From: Myxococcales bacterium
Lineage (GTDB): Bacteria; Myxococcota_A; Polyangia; Polyangiales; DASUME01
Assembly: GCA_047601445.1 (NCBI GenBank)
Contig: JASGJH010000001.1
Coordinates: 6,144,001-6,208,000 of the forward strand
Reading direction: 5' to 3'
DNA length: 64,000 bases
In this document: positions 38,931 to 49,559 of the stretch, in pieces
Position numbering within the stretch: position 1 is the first letter of the stretch
Layout: each line of letters opens with the position of its first letter
Position numbers and translations under genes: made by a program
The notes under the pieces: generated by a model
What the model saw: the letters and a program-made list of their open reading frames with translations, nothing else
What the model was told of the DNA's origin: nothing
Database searches by the model: none

Positions 38931-39815
38931 ATGAGCAGGCAGCGATTGGGGTGGTGGCTGGCTGGTGGTTGTGTGTTGGGTTCCGCGTGCGCGCACGGGA
39001 GCCCGCCTCCGCGTGCTGCGGGGCGGCTCGGTGATGCACCGAAGACCGCCGAGGCCAGCGGTTCCAGCGAGCCCTTGAGGCCGCTGCGTATCCTCGCGCT
39101 CGGGGATTCCATCACCCAGGGCCGCGCCATGAAATCTGCGGATATGCCGGCGACCCAGAGCTGGCGCTATCCGTTTTGGAAAGAGCTGCTTACGACCGGT
39201 GTCGCCTTCGACATGGTGGGCGGGCTCGCGCACGGCTTCGAAGGCGATCCAGCGTGGCCGTCGGTGGAGGGCGTGGCGTTCGACCGCGAGCACGAGGCGC
39301 GCTGGGGCTTTCGTCTCGACGAGATGACGGAGATCCTGCGCAAGGACATTGAGCGGCTGCAGAGCGAGCACTTTTCGTTCGACGTCGTGATGGTGCTGCT
39401 CGGCGGGAACGATCTGGACCAGAAGGAAACGCTGTCCGAGTTGTGGCCCGAGTGGGATGCGCTGTTCGCGCTGTTGCGCGCCCGCAACCCGCAGGTGAAG
39501 GTTGCGGTCGGCGTGTACTGCCACGACTTCGGGGGTTCGGCCGAATATCGCGCCGAGCTCACGCGGCGTGCTCCGAGCTGGAGCACGGCAGAGTCGACGG
39601 TCGTGATCGCCAATGGTTGTGAGAACTGGGTCGCGGACCCTCGAGCGCCCGGGACCGACACCGTGGACTGGATCCATCCGAACGCGCAGGGGGACCAGAA
39701 GATCGCGCGCGGCTTTTTGCAGAGTCTGCGCGCGCTGCGCCCGGATTCGTTCGCACCGAGTCAGGGCACGCCGGCGTCGCTCGCCACGTCGGCGCCGGTG
39801 ACGTTGACCAAGTAG
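38931..39815 (+). CDS. SGNH/GDSL hydrolase lipoprotein
   Basis: LGSAC lipobox; LGDSIT, GGND, DWIHPN. Confidence 0.85.
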   Translation: MSRQRLGWWLAGGCVLGSACAHGSPPPRAAGRLGDAPKTAEASGSSEPLRPLRILALGDSITQGRAMKSADMPATQSWRYPFWKELLTTGVAFDMVGGLAHGFEGDPAWPSVEGVAFDREHEARWGFRLDEMTEILRKDIERLQSEHFSFDVVMVLLGGNDLDQKETLSELWPEWDALFALLRARNPQVKVAVGVYCHDFGGSAEYRAELTRRAPSWSTAESTVVIANGCENWVADPRAPGTDTVDWIHPNAQGDQKIARGFLQSLRALRPDSFAPSQGTPASLATSAPVTLTK

Positions 39816-40810
39816 CGATTCAAGAGCTCGAACTCGCGGGCGAAGGCGCTGAGCTTGGCCTCGAGCGCGTCGTACATGCTCTCGCGCAGATCGATCAGGG
39901 TTTGATCGTAGACCGCGCCGGTGCCGTAGAGCAGCTGTCGCACGCGCTCATGCTCGGAGCTCGGGTAGGTCTTGGCGATTTTCTCGTCGAAGCTATGGAG
40001 CAAATCCTCGCGCGGGGAGGGCTGATTGGGTCCCGGTGGGGTGCTGAGCAGGCGCCGGACGAAGGTGGGGTAGATGCGATCGTCGTCGTGTCCGCTGGCG
40101 ATGGGGGCGAGCAAGTTGTGCGGATGCAGATACGGGACGGTGTGTTGCTTGGGGACCAGGGCAGCCACACCGAAGCCGGCGCTGCCTGCGCCTCCGAGCA
40201 CTGCCACCAACGACGAGCCGGTGGATCGCTCGGAGGCGATTTCCCAGGCACCTGCGGCGATGCCCGCGGCAGCGGCGACCACGATGGACGCCAACGTCAG
40301 GCGCAGCTCGCGGTTGTCTTGGCGCTGAGAGAGCTGGGCGCTCAAGTCCTCGACCACGTCATCGGTGCAGTCCACCTCGGTCAACAGGGACTGTAGTTGG
40401 CTGTCGAAGGAGACCAGCTGCGTGAAGAGCCGTTGCTGCAGGGTAAGGATCCGAGTGAGGTCAGGGGCAGGCGCGCTGCGCGCCTGAAAGAGCGCCAGGA
40501 TCAGTGGCTCCAGACCGGCGGCGCGCGCCGAGCGCCTGGCCTCGGGGGGCATCACGTCGAGCAAGGGATCGTCGACCGGCTCCGCGAGCTCCTGGTGGTA
40601 GGGGCCACTGACTTGGACCGAGTAGCGCTGGCAGCTGCGGTCGCGCTGCGCGAGCGCGCCGTGGGTGGGCAGTGGCGCGGTGGGTGGCGTGGGTGGGTGA
40701 CAGGCAGCAAGCACGCCTGCGGTTGCCAAGCCCAAGCATTTCGCGCGCACCGAAGCCCCCGTGCGGTTCGTGGAAGCACGCGGTTTCGCGCGCGAGCTCC
40801 TGGTGGTCAT
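39761..40810 (-). CDS. Hypothetical lipoprotein / membrane protein
   Basis: VLAAC lipobox; two Gly/Ala-rich hydrophobic segments; GGAG RBS. Confidence 0.6.
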   Translation of the reverse strand: MTTRSSRAKPRASTNRTGASVRAKCLGLATAGVLAACHPPTPPTAPLPTHGALAQRDRSCQRYSVQVSGPYHQELAEPVDDPLLDVMPPEARRSARAAGLEPLILALFQARSAPAPDLTRILTLQQRLFTQLVSFDSQLQSLLTEVDCTDDVVEDLSAQLSQRQDNRELRLTLASIVVAAAAGIAAGAWEIASERSTGSSLVAVLGGAGSAGFGVAALVPKQHTVPYLHPHNLLAPIASGHDDDRIYPTFVRRLLSTPPGPNQPSPREDLLHSFDEKIAKTYPSSEHERVRQLLYGTGAVYDQTLIDLRESMYDALEAKLSAFAREFELLNRYLVNVTGADVASDAGVP

Positions 40811-41104
40811 CTCCCAGTATGCGCCGACACGGGTGGATTCGCGCGGGCGAGGGCCAGCCAGGTCTTTCCAAAGCGATTTTACCGATCCTCAGTCAGTCGG
40901 AAACACAATGGCAAGAGGCCGGTGTCAGCGTAAACATTGAAGCGAGTGGCCGTCCTCCTCCGCTCGCTTTGTCCGAATCGGGGTTGCGCTGGCAGGTAGG
41001 TGGGCGGTTACTGAGGCGGCTCTGAGCGCCGACTTACCAGCAAGCGCAGCCTCGTTCGGACGGTGTAATGCGTGAGTGTCCACAACGAGTGACGCTCGAT
41101 GCGC

Positions 41105-41779
41105 TCAGTCGCGGGTGGCGAGCCAGATGTGATGGCGCGAACCGCCGCGCCGCCCACGGGACTTGGCCGACACCTCTTCCACGCGAAAGCCTCCGCGCGT
41201 CAGCCGCTGCGTGAACTCGCGGTCGCCGCCCGCAGACCACACGGCGAGCACGCTCTGCGCGCGCAGCGCGGTGTGTGCATGGCGCAGACCCGAGCGTGCA
41301 TAGAGCCAGTCGTTGGCCTTGCGCGTGAAGCCCTCGGGACCGTTGTCCACGTCGAGCAAGATAGCGTCGTAGTGGTCGCGCTCCGTGCGCAGGAGCTCCG
41401 CGACGTCGCCCGTGTGTACGCGCACGCGCGGGTCGTCGAGCGGGAAGCCCGCCAGGTGTCCCAGGTGACTGCGGTTCCAGTTCACCACGGCCGGTACCAG
41501 TTCGGCCACCACGACCTCCGCGTCCTGTCTCACCTGACGCAGCGTCTCGGCCAGTGTGAATCCCATGCCGAGGCCACCGACCAGCACGCGCACCTTGCGC
41601 CGCGCGCCCACCGGTCCGCAGCCCAGCCGGGCCAGCACCTCCTCGGAGTCGTGCACGCGGCTGTTCATCAACTCCTGCCCGTCGGCCCGGATGGAGAGCT
41701 CGCTGCCGCGTCGATACAGGCGCAGCTCTCCGCCGTTGTCGGGGATCAGGGCGCTATCCAAAAGTTCCCACGGGATCAT
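41105..41779 (-). CDS. Spermidine-synthase-like SAM-binding protein
   Basis: ELMNSR, VLVGGLGMGFT, ILLDVDNGP. Confidence 0.8.
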   Translation of the reverse strand: MIPWELLDSALIPDNGGELRLYRRGSELSIRADGQELMNSRVHDSEEVLARLGCGPVGARRKVRVLVGGLGMGFTLAETLRQVRQDAEVVVAELVPAVVNWNRSHLGHLAGFPLDDPRVRVHTGDVAELLRTERDHYDAILLDVDNGPEGFTRKANDWLYARSGLRHAHTALRAQSVLAVWSAGGDREFTQRLTRGGFRVEEVSAKSRGRRGGSRHHIWLATRD

Positions 41780-41794
41780 CGCGCAGGCTCTTTG

Positions 41795-42100
41795 TCACCA
41801 GTCTTCGCCATAGTCGAACGTGATCTCGCTGCCGGCTTCGATGTCCATCAGGGCGTACAGGCTGTGCCCCCGAAAGATGGCGTTGGCCGGGCGGGCGTGG
41901 TTCAGATAGCGGAGCTCGTTCTTGCCGTCGATGCCCGCGATCTCGCCGTCGTCGTACTCCACCCAGAGCACGTACATGCCGTTCACCACCGTGCGCTCAC
42001 CCTCGTAGTCGCCGATGAAGCTGTCGGCCGTGAAGGCCTGTCTGGCGAATACCCCGAGGCCATGGATTGGGCTCTCTTTTACTTCGAACAGCTCGTGCAT
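41795..42100 (-). CDS. Minimal SET-domain protein
   Basis: SPIHGLGVFA, RYLNH, GSEITFDYG. Confidence 0.85.
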   Translation of the reverse strand: MHELFEVKESPIHGLGVFARQAFTADSFIGDYEGERTVVNGMYVLWVEYDDGEIAGIDGKNELRYLNHARPANAIFRGHSLYALMDIEAGSEITFDYGEDW

Positions 42101-42103
42101 CTG

Positions 42104-43015
42104 TCAGCTGGCTTCCAGGCTCGTCACGCGGGCGCGGGCGCGCATTTGATCGGCGGTCAGGCTCGAGCCGTCGCTACTGTAGCCGGGGGCGCGCCAGAAG
42201 ACGCGCAGTTTTTCCCCGAGTGAGGGCTCGCGACGCAGGTCGCGCCAGAGTGCGATCCACTCGTGGAAGGCCACCGTCAATGGGTTGTAGCTGTCGATGT
42301 TCTTGGTCAGACCGTACACCACCGGCTCGTCGTCGCGCTCTTCCGCGAAAGTGCCGAACAGGCGATCCCAGAGGATCAGGATCCCGCCGTGATTGCGGTC
42401 CAGGTAGGCCACGTTGCTGGCGTGGTGCACGCGGTGATGGGAGGGCGTGTTGAAGACCCATTCGAAAGGCCCGAGCTTTCCGACTTGCTCGGTGTGGATC
42501 AAGAACTGGTAGACCGCGCTGATGCCCGCGTGGGAGGCGATCAGCAAGGGGTGGAAGCCGAGGAAGGCCAGCGGCAGCTCGAACCAGCGATTGACCAGCG
42601 GCTGGGTCCAGCTCTGGCGGACCGCGGTGGCGAAGTGCATGCGCCGGCTCGAGTGATGCGTCACGTGGGCGGCCCACATGAAGCGATGCTCGTGGTCCAT
42701 GCGGTGCGCCCAGTAATAACAAAAGTCACGCGCCACCAGCGCCACACACCAGGCGAGAGCACTGCTCGTGACGGTGAAGACACGGTGCTCGTACACGGCG
42801 AAGGTGATGCCCACGAAGGCGAGGCGGTAGAGGCCGCCAAAGGCGAGGCTGCCCAGGCCCATGGAGATGCTGGTGGTGGTGTCGCGGCGTTCGTGGAGGG
42901 TGCGGCCCTTGCGCCGCGCCAGCCAGTGCTCGCCGAACATGGCGAGGATGAAGAGAGGGATCGCGGCCAGCGATAGGCGCACGGCAGCAGGATAACCCAT
43001 GGTGGGGGCGCGCAC
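42104..43015 (-). CDS. Sterol desaturase / alkylglycerol monooxygenase-like fatty acid hydroxylase (start uncertain)
   Basis: His boxes YWAHRMDH, HVTHHS, PSHHRVHH; WDRLFGTF. Confidence 0.85.
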   Translation of the reverse strand: MRAPTMGYPAAVRLSLAAIPLFILAMFGEHWLARRKGRTLHERRDTTTSISMGLGSLAFGGLYRLAFVGITFAVYEHRVFTVTSSALAWCVALVARDFCYYWAHRMDHEHRFMWAAHVTHHSSRRMHFATAVRQSWTQPLVNRWFELPLAFLGFHPLLIASHAGISAVYQFLIHTEQVGKLGPFEWVFNTPSHHRVHHASNVAYLDRNHGGILILWDRLFGTFAEERDDEPVVYGLTKNIDSYNPLTVAFHEWIALWRDLRREPSLGEKLRVFWRAPGYSSDGSSLTADQMRARARVTSLEAS

Positions 43016-43111
43016 AGAACGGAGTCTGCACCGCGCGCTTGGTCAAAGCGGTCAACGTAACGGTACCGGAATGGAATTCTCGCGCGCCCAGGCCTGCACT
43101 ATGGATGGCGC

Positions 43112-43462
43112 ATGCGACGTACTTACCTTGGCCTCGGCATGTTGCTCGCGGCCGGCTGTCAGGACCCGGCGGACAACACCCAGGCCAACTGCAAGGTCTA
43201 CCAGGAGAACTACTGCGACAAGGAGGCCGACTGCGCCATCGAGTTCGACGACCTCAAGAAGTCCGAGCGCGACCAGAGCGTGGCGAAGTGTTACGACAAG
43301 TTCCGAAGCCAGGGGCTGAGCTGTGGCGACGTCAAGCGCGTCTCGGAGACCTTCGATCAGTGCACCGAAGATCTCGAGAAGTGGTCGTGCACGCAGTTTT
43401 ACGATGTCTCCTCGAGCCGCCGCTACGTGCCACTCTCCTGCGTGAACGTGCTGCAGAACTGA
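43112..43462 (+). CDS. Small Cys-rich lipoprotein
   Basis: LAAGC lipobox; eight further Cys; GC3-rich codons. Confidence 0.7.
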   Translation: MRRTYLGLGMLLAAGCQDPADNTQANCKVYQENYCDKEADCAIEFDDLKKSERDQSVAKCYDKFRSQGLSCGDVKRVSETFDQCTEDLEKWSCTQFYDVSSSRRYVPLSCVNVLQN

Positions 43463-43556
43463 GCGTGCGGCTTCGGAGTCCGGGCGCGGGCACGGGCGCG
43501 CCTTGCGGATGCAAGGCTGGCACGGGAGCAGGGCGCTGCCTGCGTCGGCGCCCCTG

Positions 43557-43931
43557 CTAGCGGCTCACCAGGTTCAGGATGTTGCCGTCGGGATCTCGAA
43601 ACCAGGCCACCTTCATGCCGTCGGCCGCATGGATGTCGCCGCGCCGGCTCAAACCCGGCATGTCGTAGTGTTCGAACTTGACGCCCTTGGCCTTGAGCGT
43701 TTTCACGGTGTCCTCGATGTCGGGCACACTCCACGTGACCGCGGTGGCTTGATTGGTGCCGGCGAAGTCGGAGCGATAGACGTTGAGGTTGCTGTGGCCG
43801 CTTCGATAGACCACCACCTCTTCGCCTTCGGCATCGACTTCCTCGAGCCCGAGCGTGTGGCCGTAGAAGGACTTGGCGCGCATCAAATCTCGGACCGCCA
43901 CGTTGGCGGTCGCATCGTGCTGGTTGAGCAT
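43557..43931 (-). CDS. VOC/glyoxalase family protein
   Basis: AKSFYGHTLGL, GVKFEHYD, AWFRDPDGNIL; GGAG RBS. Confidence 0.88.
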   Translation of the reverse strand: MLNQHDATANVAVRDLMRAKSFYGHTLGLEEVDAEGEEVVVYRSGHSNLNVYRSDFAGTNQATAVTWSVPDIEDTVKTLKAKGVKFEHYDMPGLSRRGDIHAADGMKVAWFRDPDGNILNLVSR

Positions 43932-44182
43932 GACCGAACTCCTTTGGCAGTGGGCTGGCAGACGTTGCTACGAGTGAGTGCGGGCCCGCGTGCCAGTTTG
44001 ACTCCGGCGCGACGGGCCTTGCTGAGGCCGATGGCGATGGCTTGCTTGGCGGAGCGTGCGCCGTGCTTGCCATCGCGCACGTGCTCGATTTCCTCGCGGA
44101 CGAACTCGCCGGCTTGCGTGCTAGGAGCCTTGCCCGGGCGCTTCTTGCGCAGAGCACGTTCTTCGACGTCTCTTTCAGGCAT
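43883..44182 (-). CDS. Small basic protein with KQAIAIGLSKARRAG motif (DUF6496-like), possibly truncated
   Basis: GKAPSTQAGEFVREEI..GKHGARSAKQAIAIGLSKARRAG; AGGAGA RBS before ATG 44182. Confidence 0.65.
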   Translation of the reverse strand: MPERDVEERALRKKRPGKAPSTQAGEFVREEIEHVRDGKHGARSAKQAIAIGLSKARRAGVKLARGPALTRSNVCQPTAKGVRSCSTSTMRPPTWRSEI

Positions 44183-44259
44183 GTTCTCCTCTATCAGGAG
44201 GCTAGGTGAACACGCCTGCCAGGCCCGAAAACGGCTTTCGCAGCGACAACCCCTAAAAC

Positions 44260-45309
44260 TTAGGGCACGAGCTCCATCCACTCCTTGAGCGGACTCATGA
44301 CGAAGCGCGGCACGCGCTTGAGCTCGTCCACCGTGCGTGCGCCACACAACAGCATCACGGCGCGGATCTCGCGCTCCAGCTGCTCGATGACGCGCTCTGC
44401 CTCCGCCTTGCCGCCGCGTACGTGGGCTTGCAGCAGCGGACGAGCGATGCCAGCCGCCGTGGCTCCAAGAGCCAGGGCGCGCACGATGTCGACGCCGCTC
44501 TGCACGCCGCCCGTGGCGATGGTCTCATGCCCCGCCCGGACGCAGGCGTGAACACTGGCCGCGGTGGGCACTCCCCAGTCCCAGAGCAAGTTGCCCAGGC
44601 GCGCTTGGTCGCCCTGAGCACGCAGTGTTTCGACACCCACCCACGAGGTGCCTCCGGCGCCCGAGGTGTCCACGGTGCGCACGCCGGCTCCCTTGAGCTT
44701 GAGCGCCGTCTGATAGCTGAGCCCACAGCCGGTCTCCTTGCCGACCACTGGCACCTTGAGCTCGCTGACCAGGCGCGCGTAGGTCTCCACGCCGCCGCTG
44801 AAGTCGCGATCGCCCTCGGGCTGCACGATTTCCTGGGCCGGGTTGAGGTGCACGCAGAGGGCGTCGGCCCCGATATCGCTCACCATGGCCGCGATGATCT
44901 TGGTGGGCCACTCGCGCGCCTGCACCACGCCCACGTTGCCGAGGATCAAGGTGCTCGGAGCCCACTCGCGTACGCGATAGGTCCAGGCCGTGTCGGGCTG
45001 GCGCTGCATGGCGCGCTGGCTGCCGAGGCCGAAGCCGAGCCCGCGTGCCTCGGCGATGGAGGCAAGATCGCGGTTCACCTCGGCCGCGCGCTCGGTGCCA
45101 CCCGTCATGGCAGCGATCACGATGGGCAGACGCAGGCGCTTGCCGAGCAGCGTGGTGCTGGTGTCGATGGCGTCGACGCTGAAGTCCGGCAGAGACTGGT
45201 GAACGAGCTGCACCTTCTCCAGCAGATTGGTGGCCCCACGAAACGCCACGTCGTCGGTGGCGCAGAGGTCCAAGTGGTCGTCTTTACGGCGCTGGATCGG
45301 CGAGTTCAT
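44260..45309 (-). CDS. fni: Type 2 isopentenyl-diphosphate isomerase
   Basis: RKDDHL, AMTGG, GSQRA, HLNPAQE, KETGCG, GAGGTSW. Confidence 0.93.
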   Translation of the reverse strand: MNSPIQRRKDDHLDLCATDDVAFRGATNLLEKVQLVHQSLPDFSVDAIDTSTTLLGKRLRLPIVIAAMTGGTERAAEVNRDLASIAEARGLGFGLGSQRAMQRQPDTAWTYRVREWAPSTLILGNVGVVQAREWPTKIIAAMVSDIGADALCVHLNPAQEIVQPEGDRDFSGGVETYARLVSELKVPVVGKETGCGLSYQTALKLKGAGVRTVDTSGAGGTSWVGVETLRAQGDQARLGNLLWDWGVPTAASVHACVRAGHETIATGGVQSGVDIVRALALGATAAGIARPLLQAHVRGGKAEAERVIEQLEREIRAVMLLCGARTVDELKRVPRFVMSPLKEWMELVP

Positions 45310-45455
45310 CTGGGATCGGGCTATAGCAGAGGTCGGCGAAGCCGGGGCATACGTTTCAGAATGTGTTTAAGCGCGCTGAGTTGACGCTCGCCCCCCCTAG
45401 CGAGCATGCTCCGCGCCCCGCGCGCCCTTTGCGCGCCCCTGCTCGGAGTGTGGCC

Positions 45456-46511
45456 GTGGCCGTCGAAATCCCTTCCAAGAACGCCCCCATCGAGGCCTTT
45501 CTGGCCGAGATCAAGCAACACGTGGATGCGCGCCTGGTCCGCTATTTCGAGAGCAAGCGCACGCGTGCCCAGCAACTGAGCTCGCCTTCAGTAGAGCTGG
45601 TGGATGCCATCGACGTGTTCACCATGCGCGGCGGCAAGCGTACGCGGCCCGCCGTCCTGGTGGCCGGTCACATGGCCGTTTCCGAGCGTACGAACCTGCA
45701 AGCACTGCTCGACCCATGCGCCGGCCTCGAGCTCTTGCAGAGTTACCTGCTGATCCACGATGACTGGATGGATCAGGACGACGAGCGGCGCGGTGGACCC
45801 ACCCTGCACAAGGTCTTCGGTGAGCGCGTGCGGGACCGTCACCTCGGGGCCAGCCTCGCCGTCCTGGCGGGTGACCTGGGGAACGGTTTTGCCATCGAGC
45901 TGGTGGCCGGCGCGGACATGCCGGAGTCCCAGCGCAGCTCGGCCTTGAAGGTGTTTTGGGAGATGCAGCAGGACGTGGTGTGGGGCCAGGCCCTGGACCT
46001 GATCGCCTTCCCGGACGTGGCCTTGATCCAGCGCCTCAAGACCGGCAGCTACAGCGTGAAAGGTCCGCTCTTGTTGGGGGCCGTGATCGGCGGGGCCAAC
46101 CCGACGCAGGTCCAGGCCCTCGAGCGCTACGCGGACCCGGTAGGGCAGGCGTTCCAGGGTCGCGATGACATCCTCGGCACCTTCGGCGCCCCGGAGAAGA
46201 CTGGCAAGCCGGCCGGCAACGATCTGCGCGCCGGCAAGCGCACCGCCCTCATCGAAGAGGCCGAGCGCCGCCTGAGCGACGCGGACTACGCGCCGATCCG
46301 CAAGGTGCTCGGCAAGGCCGACTCCTCCAACGCGGACATCAGCTCCGCCCAGGGCCTGCTCGAAGCCTGCGGCGCACTGGCTGCTGTGGAGGAGCGAGTC
46401 GCCAAGTTCTGCGATGAAGCGCAAGCTGCCCTACAGAACGCCGGCCTCACGGACGAAGGAACCCTGCGTTTGGTACAGCTCGCCCGAAAGTTCGCCTTCC
46501 GGGACAGCTGA
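45456..46511 (+). CDS. Short-chain polyprenyl diphosphate synthase
   Basis: GGKRTRP, FARM IHDDWMD..RRG, GQALD, KTGSY, DDILG; GTG start after GGAG. Confidence 0.88.
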   Translation: MAVEIPSKNAPIEAFLAEIKQHVDARLVRYFESKRTRAQQLSSPSVELVDAIDVFTMRGGKRTRPAVLVAGHMAVSERTNLQALLDPCAGLELLQSYLLIHDDWMDQDDERRGGPTLHKVFGERVRDRHLGASLAVLAGDLGNGFAIELVAGADMPESQRSSALKVFWEMQQDVVWGQALDLIAFPDVALIQRLKTGSYSVKGPLLLGAVIGGANPTQVQALERYADPVGQAFQGRDDILGTFGAPEKTGKPAGNDLRAGKRTALIEEAERRLSDADYAPIRKVLGKADSSNADISSAQGLLEACGALAAVEERVAKFCDEAQAALQNAGLTDEGTLRLVQLARKFAFRDS

Positions 46512-46564
46512 GCGGCTAGTACCAGGGGCGCTTTTTGCTTAACGCGCTCGGATCTGGAAACGCG

Positions 46565-47521
46565 ATGGCCTACGGACACGGCAAAGTCATTCTGTTTGGC
46601 GAACATAGCGTGGTGCACGGACGCCCCGCCCTGGCCCTGGCCGTCGAGCGCGGCGCCGAGGTGCACGCGGTTCGCAAGGCCGAGGGGCCCACGGAGCTGT
46701 CGATCGCGCCCTGGGACGTGCAGGTCGACGCCGGCGGCGAGCCCAATCAAGGCCGTGAGCTCCTGCAGAGCGCGCTGAAGGTGGCGCGGGAGTTCTACGA
46801 GGACGACCTCGAGCTCTCGCTCACCGCCACCATGAACCTCCCGGGCGGAGCGGGCATGGGCTCGTCGGCGGCCCTGGGCGTCGCGGTCCTTCGCGCCATG
46901 GACGCAGCGCGGGGAATCAGCCGCTCGGACCAGGAAATCTTCGAGCGTTCGCTGCCCTGGGAGCGAGTCTTCCACGGCAACGCCTCGGGCATCGACAACG
47001 CCATGGCCACCTACGGCGGGATGGCCGTGTTCAAGAAGGGCGAGTCGCTGACCCGCATCGTGCCGCGCCACAGGGTGCGCCTGATCGCGGGCCACAGCGG
47101 TAGCCAGCGCATCGCCAAGCCCATGATCGAGTCGGTGGCGCGCCAGTTCCAGAAGGAGCCCGAGCGCGTGGGCAAGTTGTTCGATGCCATTGCCAGCATC
47201 GTGTCCAACGGCAAGCTCGCGCTGGAGCAGGGCGACCTGAAGGGGCTCGGTCAGCTGATGACCATGAACCACATGCTGCTGAGCTCCCTGATGCTGTCCA
47301 CCAGCGAGCTCGAAGAGATGATCGCCGCCGCCATGCAGGCTGGGGCCCTGGGCGCCAAGCTCACGGGGGCCGGCGGCGGCGGCTGCATGATTGCCTTGAT
47401 CGACAACGACGAGCAGCACGCGGCGGTGAAGGCTGCGCTGACTGGCCTCGGCAGAACCGTTTACGACGTAGAAGCGGGCCCACCCCGCGACGAAACCAAG
47501 CAGGAGAGCGGATCAACATGA
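46565..47521 (+). CDS. mvk: Mevalonate kinase
   Basis: GKVILFGEHSVVHG, GMGSSAA, HGNASGID, KLTGAGGGG. Confidence 0.92.
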   Translation: MAYGHGKVILFGEHSVVHGRPALALAVERGAEVHAVRKAEGPTELSIAPWDVQVDAGGEPNQGRELLQSALKVAREFYEDDLELSLTATMNLPGGAGMGSSAALGVAVLRAMDAARGISRSDQEIFERSLPWERVFHGNASGIDNAMATYGGMAVFKKGESLTRIVPRHRVRLIAGHSGSQRIAKPMIESVARQFQKEPERVGKLFDAIASIVSNGKLALEQGDLKGLGQLMTMNHMLLSSLMLSTSELEEMIAAAMQAGALGAKLTGAGGGGCMIALIDNDEQHAAVKAALTGLGRTVYDVEAGPPRDETKQESGST

Positions 47522-48501
47522 GTACCCACACCGCGACCGCCCTGGCGCGCGCCAACATCGCGCTCGCCAAGTACTGGGGCAAGAGCGACGTCGCCCTCAA
47601 CCTGCCTGCGGTGCCCAGCATCTCCCTCACGCTGGAGCCCATGCGCACCGAGACCACGGTCACGTTCGACGCCGGACTGAGCGACGACGAGGTGGTGCTC
47701 AACGGCAAGGTCGCCGAGGGCAAGGCCAGGACGCGCGCAATCAAGGTGCTCGATCAGGTCCGCAAGGTGGCCAAGCTCGAGCTCAAGGGTCGGGTCGAGA
47801 GCGCCAACAACTTCCCCACCGCCTCCGGTCTCGCCTCGAGCGCCTCCGGGTTTGCCGCGTTGGTGGCTGCGGCTTGGGGCGCTGCTGGACTCGAGCGTGA
47901 TAATAGTGTGTGGAGCGCCATGGCCCGTCAGGCCAGCGCGTCGGCGGCTCGAAGCATCTACGGTGGCTTCGTGGAGCTGCCCCGAGGTATCCCCGGCGAT
48001 GCCAAGTTGGGGGCCAAGCAGATCGCGCCGCCGAGCCATTGGGATGTACGCATCGTCGTGGCCGTGGCCAACGAGGGCGCCAAGGACGTGGGCTCCACCG
48101 AAGGCATGACCTTGAGCGAACAGACCTCGCCCTATTACCGAGCCTGGGTCGACTGCTCGGACAAGCTCACGGCCGAGGTGCGCGAGGGTATCCTCACGAA
48201 AGATCTCACCAAAGTGGGCGAGGCCATGGAGCAGAGCACGCTCGCGATGCACGCCTGCATGATGGCCTCGCGGCCGGGCCTCATCTATCTGCAGCCCGCC
48301 ACCTTGGCCGCCTTGAGCACGGTGAAGCGGCTGCGCAAGGAAGGCGTGGAGGTCTACGCCACCATGGACGCTGGGCCCCACGTGAAGGCGCTCTGCAAGG
48401 CTTCGGACGCCGAGCGCGTGGCGCGTGCCTTGGCTGATACGCCGATGGTCTTGCGCACGCTGACCGCGCATCCGGGACCCGACCTGGAGCTTCGCAAGTG
48501 A
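47518..48501 (+). CDS. mvaD: Diphosphomevalonate decarboxylase
   Basis: NIALAKYWGK, GLASSASG, SAARS, TMDAGPHVK. Confidence 0.93.
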   Translation: MSTHTATALARANIALAKYWGKSDVALNLPAVPSISLTLEPMRTETTVTFDAGLSDDEVVLNGKVAEGKARTRAIKVLDQVRKVAKLELKGRVESANNFPTASGLASSASGFAALVAAAWGAAGLERDNSVWSAMARQASASAARSIYGGFVELPRGIPGDAKLGAKQIAPPSHWDVRIVVAVANEGAKDVGSTEGMTLSEQTSPYYRAWVDCSDKLTAEVREGILTKDLTKVGEAMEQSTLAMHACMMASRPGLIYLQPATLAALSTVKRLRKEGVEVYATMDAGPHVKALCKASDAERVARALADTPMVLRTLTAHPGPDLELRK

Positions 48502-49547
48502 CGCGCCCAGAAGGGGCGCTAGCGGGCCATTTCGTGCGCACGAGTGCGCCGGGAAAGCTCATGGTTTCCGGTGAGTACGCGGTGCTCGAGGGGGCCGTCG
48601 CGGTGGTGGCTTCGGTGGCCGCCCGCGTCTATGCGCGCCTGGATCCCGTCCCAGTCGGCGCCGTCTCGTCCGCCTCAGGGGTGGCTGTCGACGGTTCGGG
48701 CTCCGAGATTGGCGGTTTGCCCCAAAGGCCACCGTTGCCTCCCGAAGCAGTGCTAGCTCGAAGGTTAGCTGAGGAGTCATTTGGTTCTGTGAACGCCTCT
48801 CTTTCCATCGACGCCAGTGAGTGCCGTAAGTCCGGGAAAAAACTCGGCTTGGGCTCCTCTGCCGCCGCCTCGGCCGCGGCCGTGGGTGGCGTGTTGGCGA
48901 GCCATGGACAGGATCTTACGGACCCCGCGGTGCAGCGCCGGGTGCTCGATCTGGCCCTCGCCGGACACAAGGCCATCGCGCCCGAGGGCAGCGGGGCCGA
49001 CGTGGCGGCCGCGTCGCTCGGGGGCTTCGTGCGCTTCCAGCTCGACGACAAGGGCGCGCTCAAGCAGGCCGAGCGCGTGAGCTTTCCGGCCCACGTGGAG
49101 ACGCGCGTGGTGTGGACCGGCAAGGAAGCCCGCACAAGCGAGTTCGTGCGTGCGGTGCGCGCCTTCGAGGCGCGGGACCGCTCGGGCTACGCCACGCTGC
49201 GAGACCACTTGAAGGCCGAAGCCGTGCGCTTCGCCGACGCCATCGCCGCGGGCGATGCGGGCGAGATCATCGCGGCCGCTGCGTCCTACGGGCGCGGCAT
49301 GGGCGAGCTCGGGCAGGCGGCGGGCGTGGACATCGTGACCGCCGAGCTCGCGCAGATCGCCGAGCTGGCGCGCGTGCATGGCGGCGCTGCCAAGCCCTCG
49401 GGCGCTGGCGGCGGCGACGTGGCCATCGCGTTCTTCCAGCGCGCCAGTGACGCGCAGGCTTTCGACAACGCGTGCGATCGAGCCGGGCTCGACCGCCTCG
49501 ATATGGGTTTGGGTGCACCGGGCGTGCGCGTCGAACCCCACGTTTGA
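48498..49547 (+). CDS. Phosphomevalonate kinase (GHMP family)
   Basis: APGKLMVSGEYAVL, KLGLGSSAA, GSGADVA, KPSGAGGGD; operon context. Confidence 0.85.
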   Translation: MTRPEGALAGHFVRTSAPGKLMVSGEYAVLEGAVAVVASVAARVYARLDPVPVGAVSSASGVAVDGSGSEIGGLPQRPPLPPEAVLARRLAEESFGSVNASLSIDASECRKSGKKLGLGSSAAASAAAVGGVLASHGQDLTDPAVQRRVLDLALAGHKAIAPEGSGADVAAASLGGFVRFQLDDKGALKQAERVSFPAHVETRVVWTGKEARTSEFVRAVRAFEARDRSGYATLRDHLKAEAVRFADAIAAGDAGEIIAAAASYGRGMGELGQAAGVDIVTAELAQIAELARVHGGAAKPSGAGGGDVAIAFFQRASDAQAFDNACDRAGLDRLDMGLGAPGVRVEPHV

Positions 49548-49559
49548 CCTTCCGAGTAG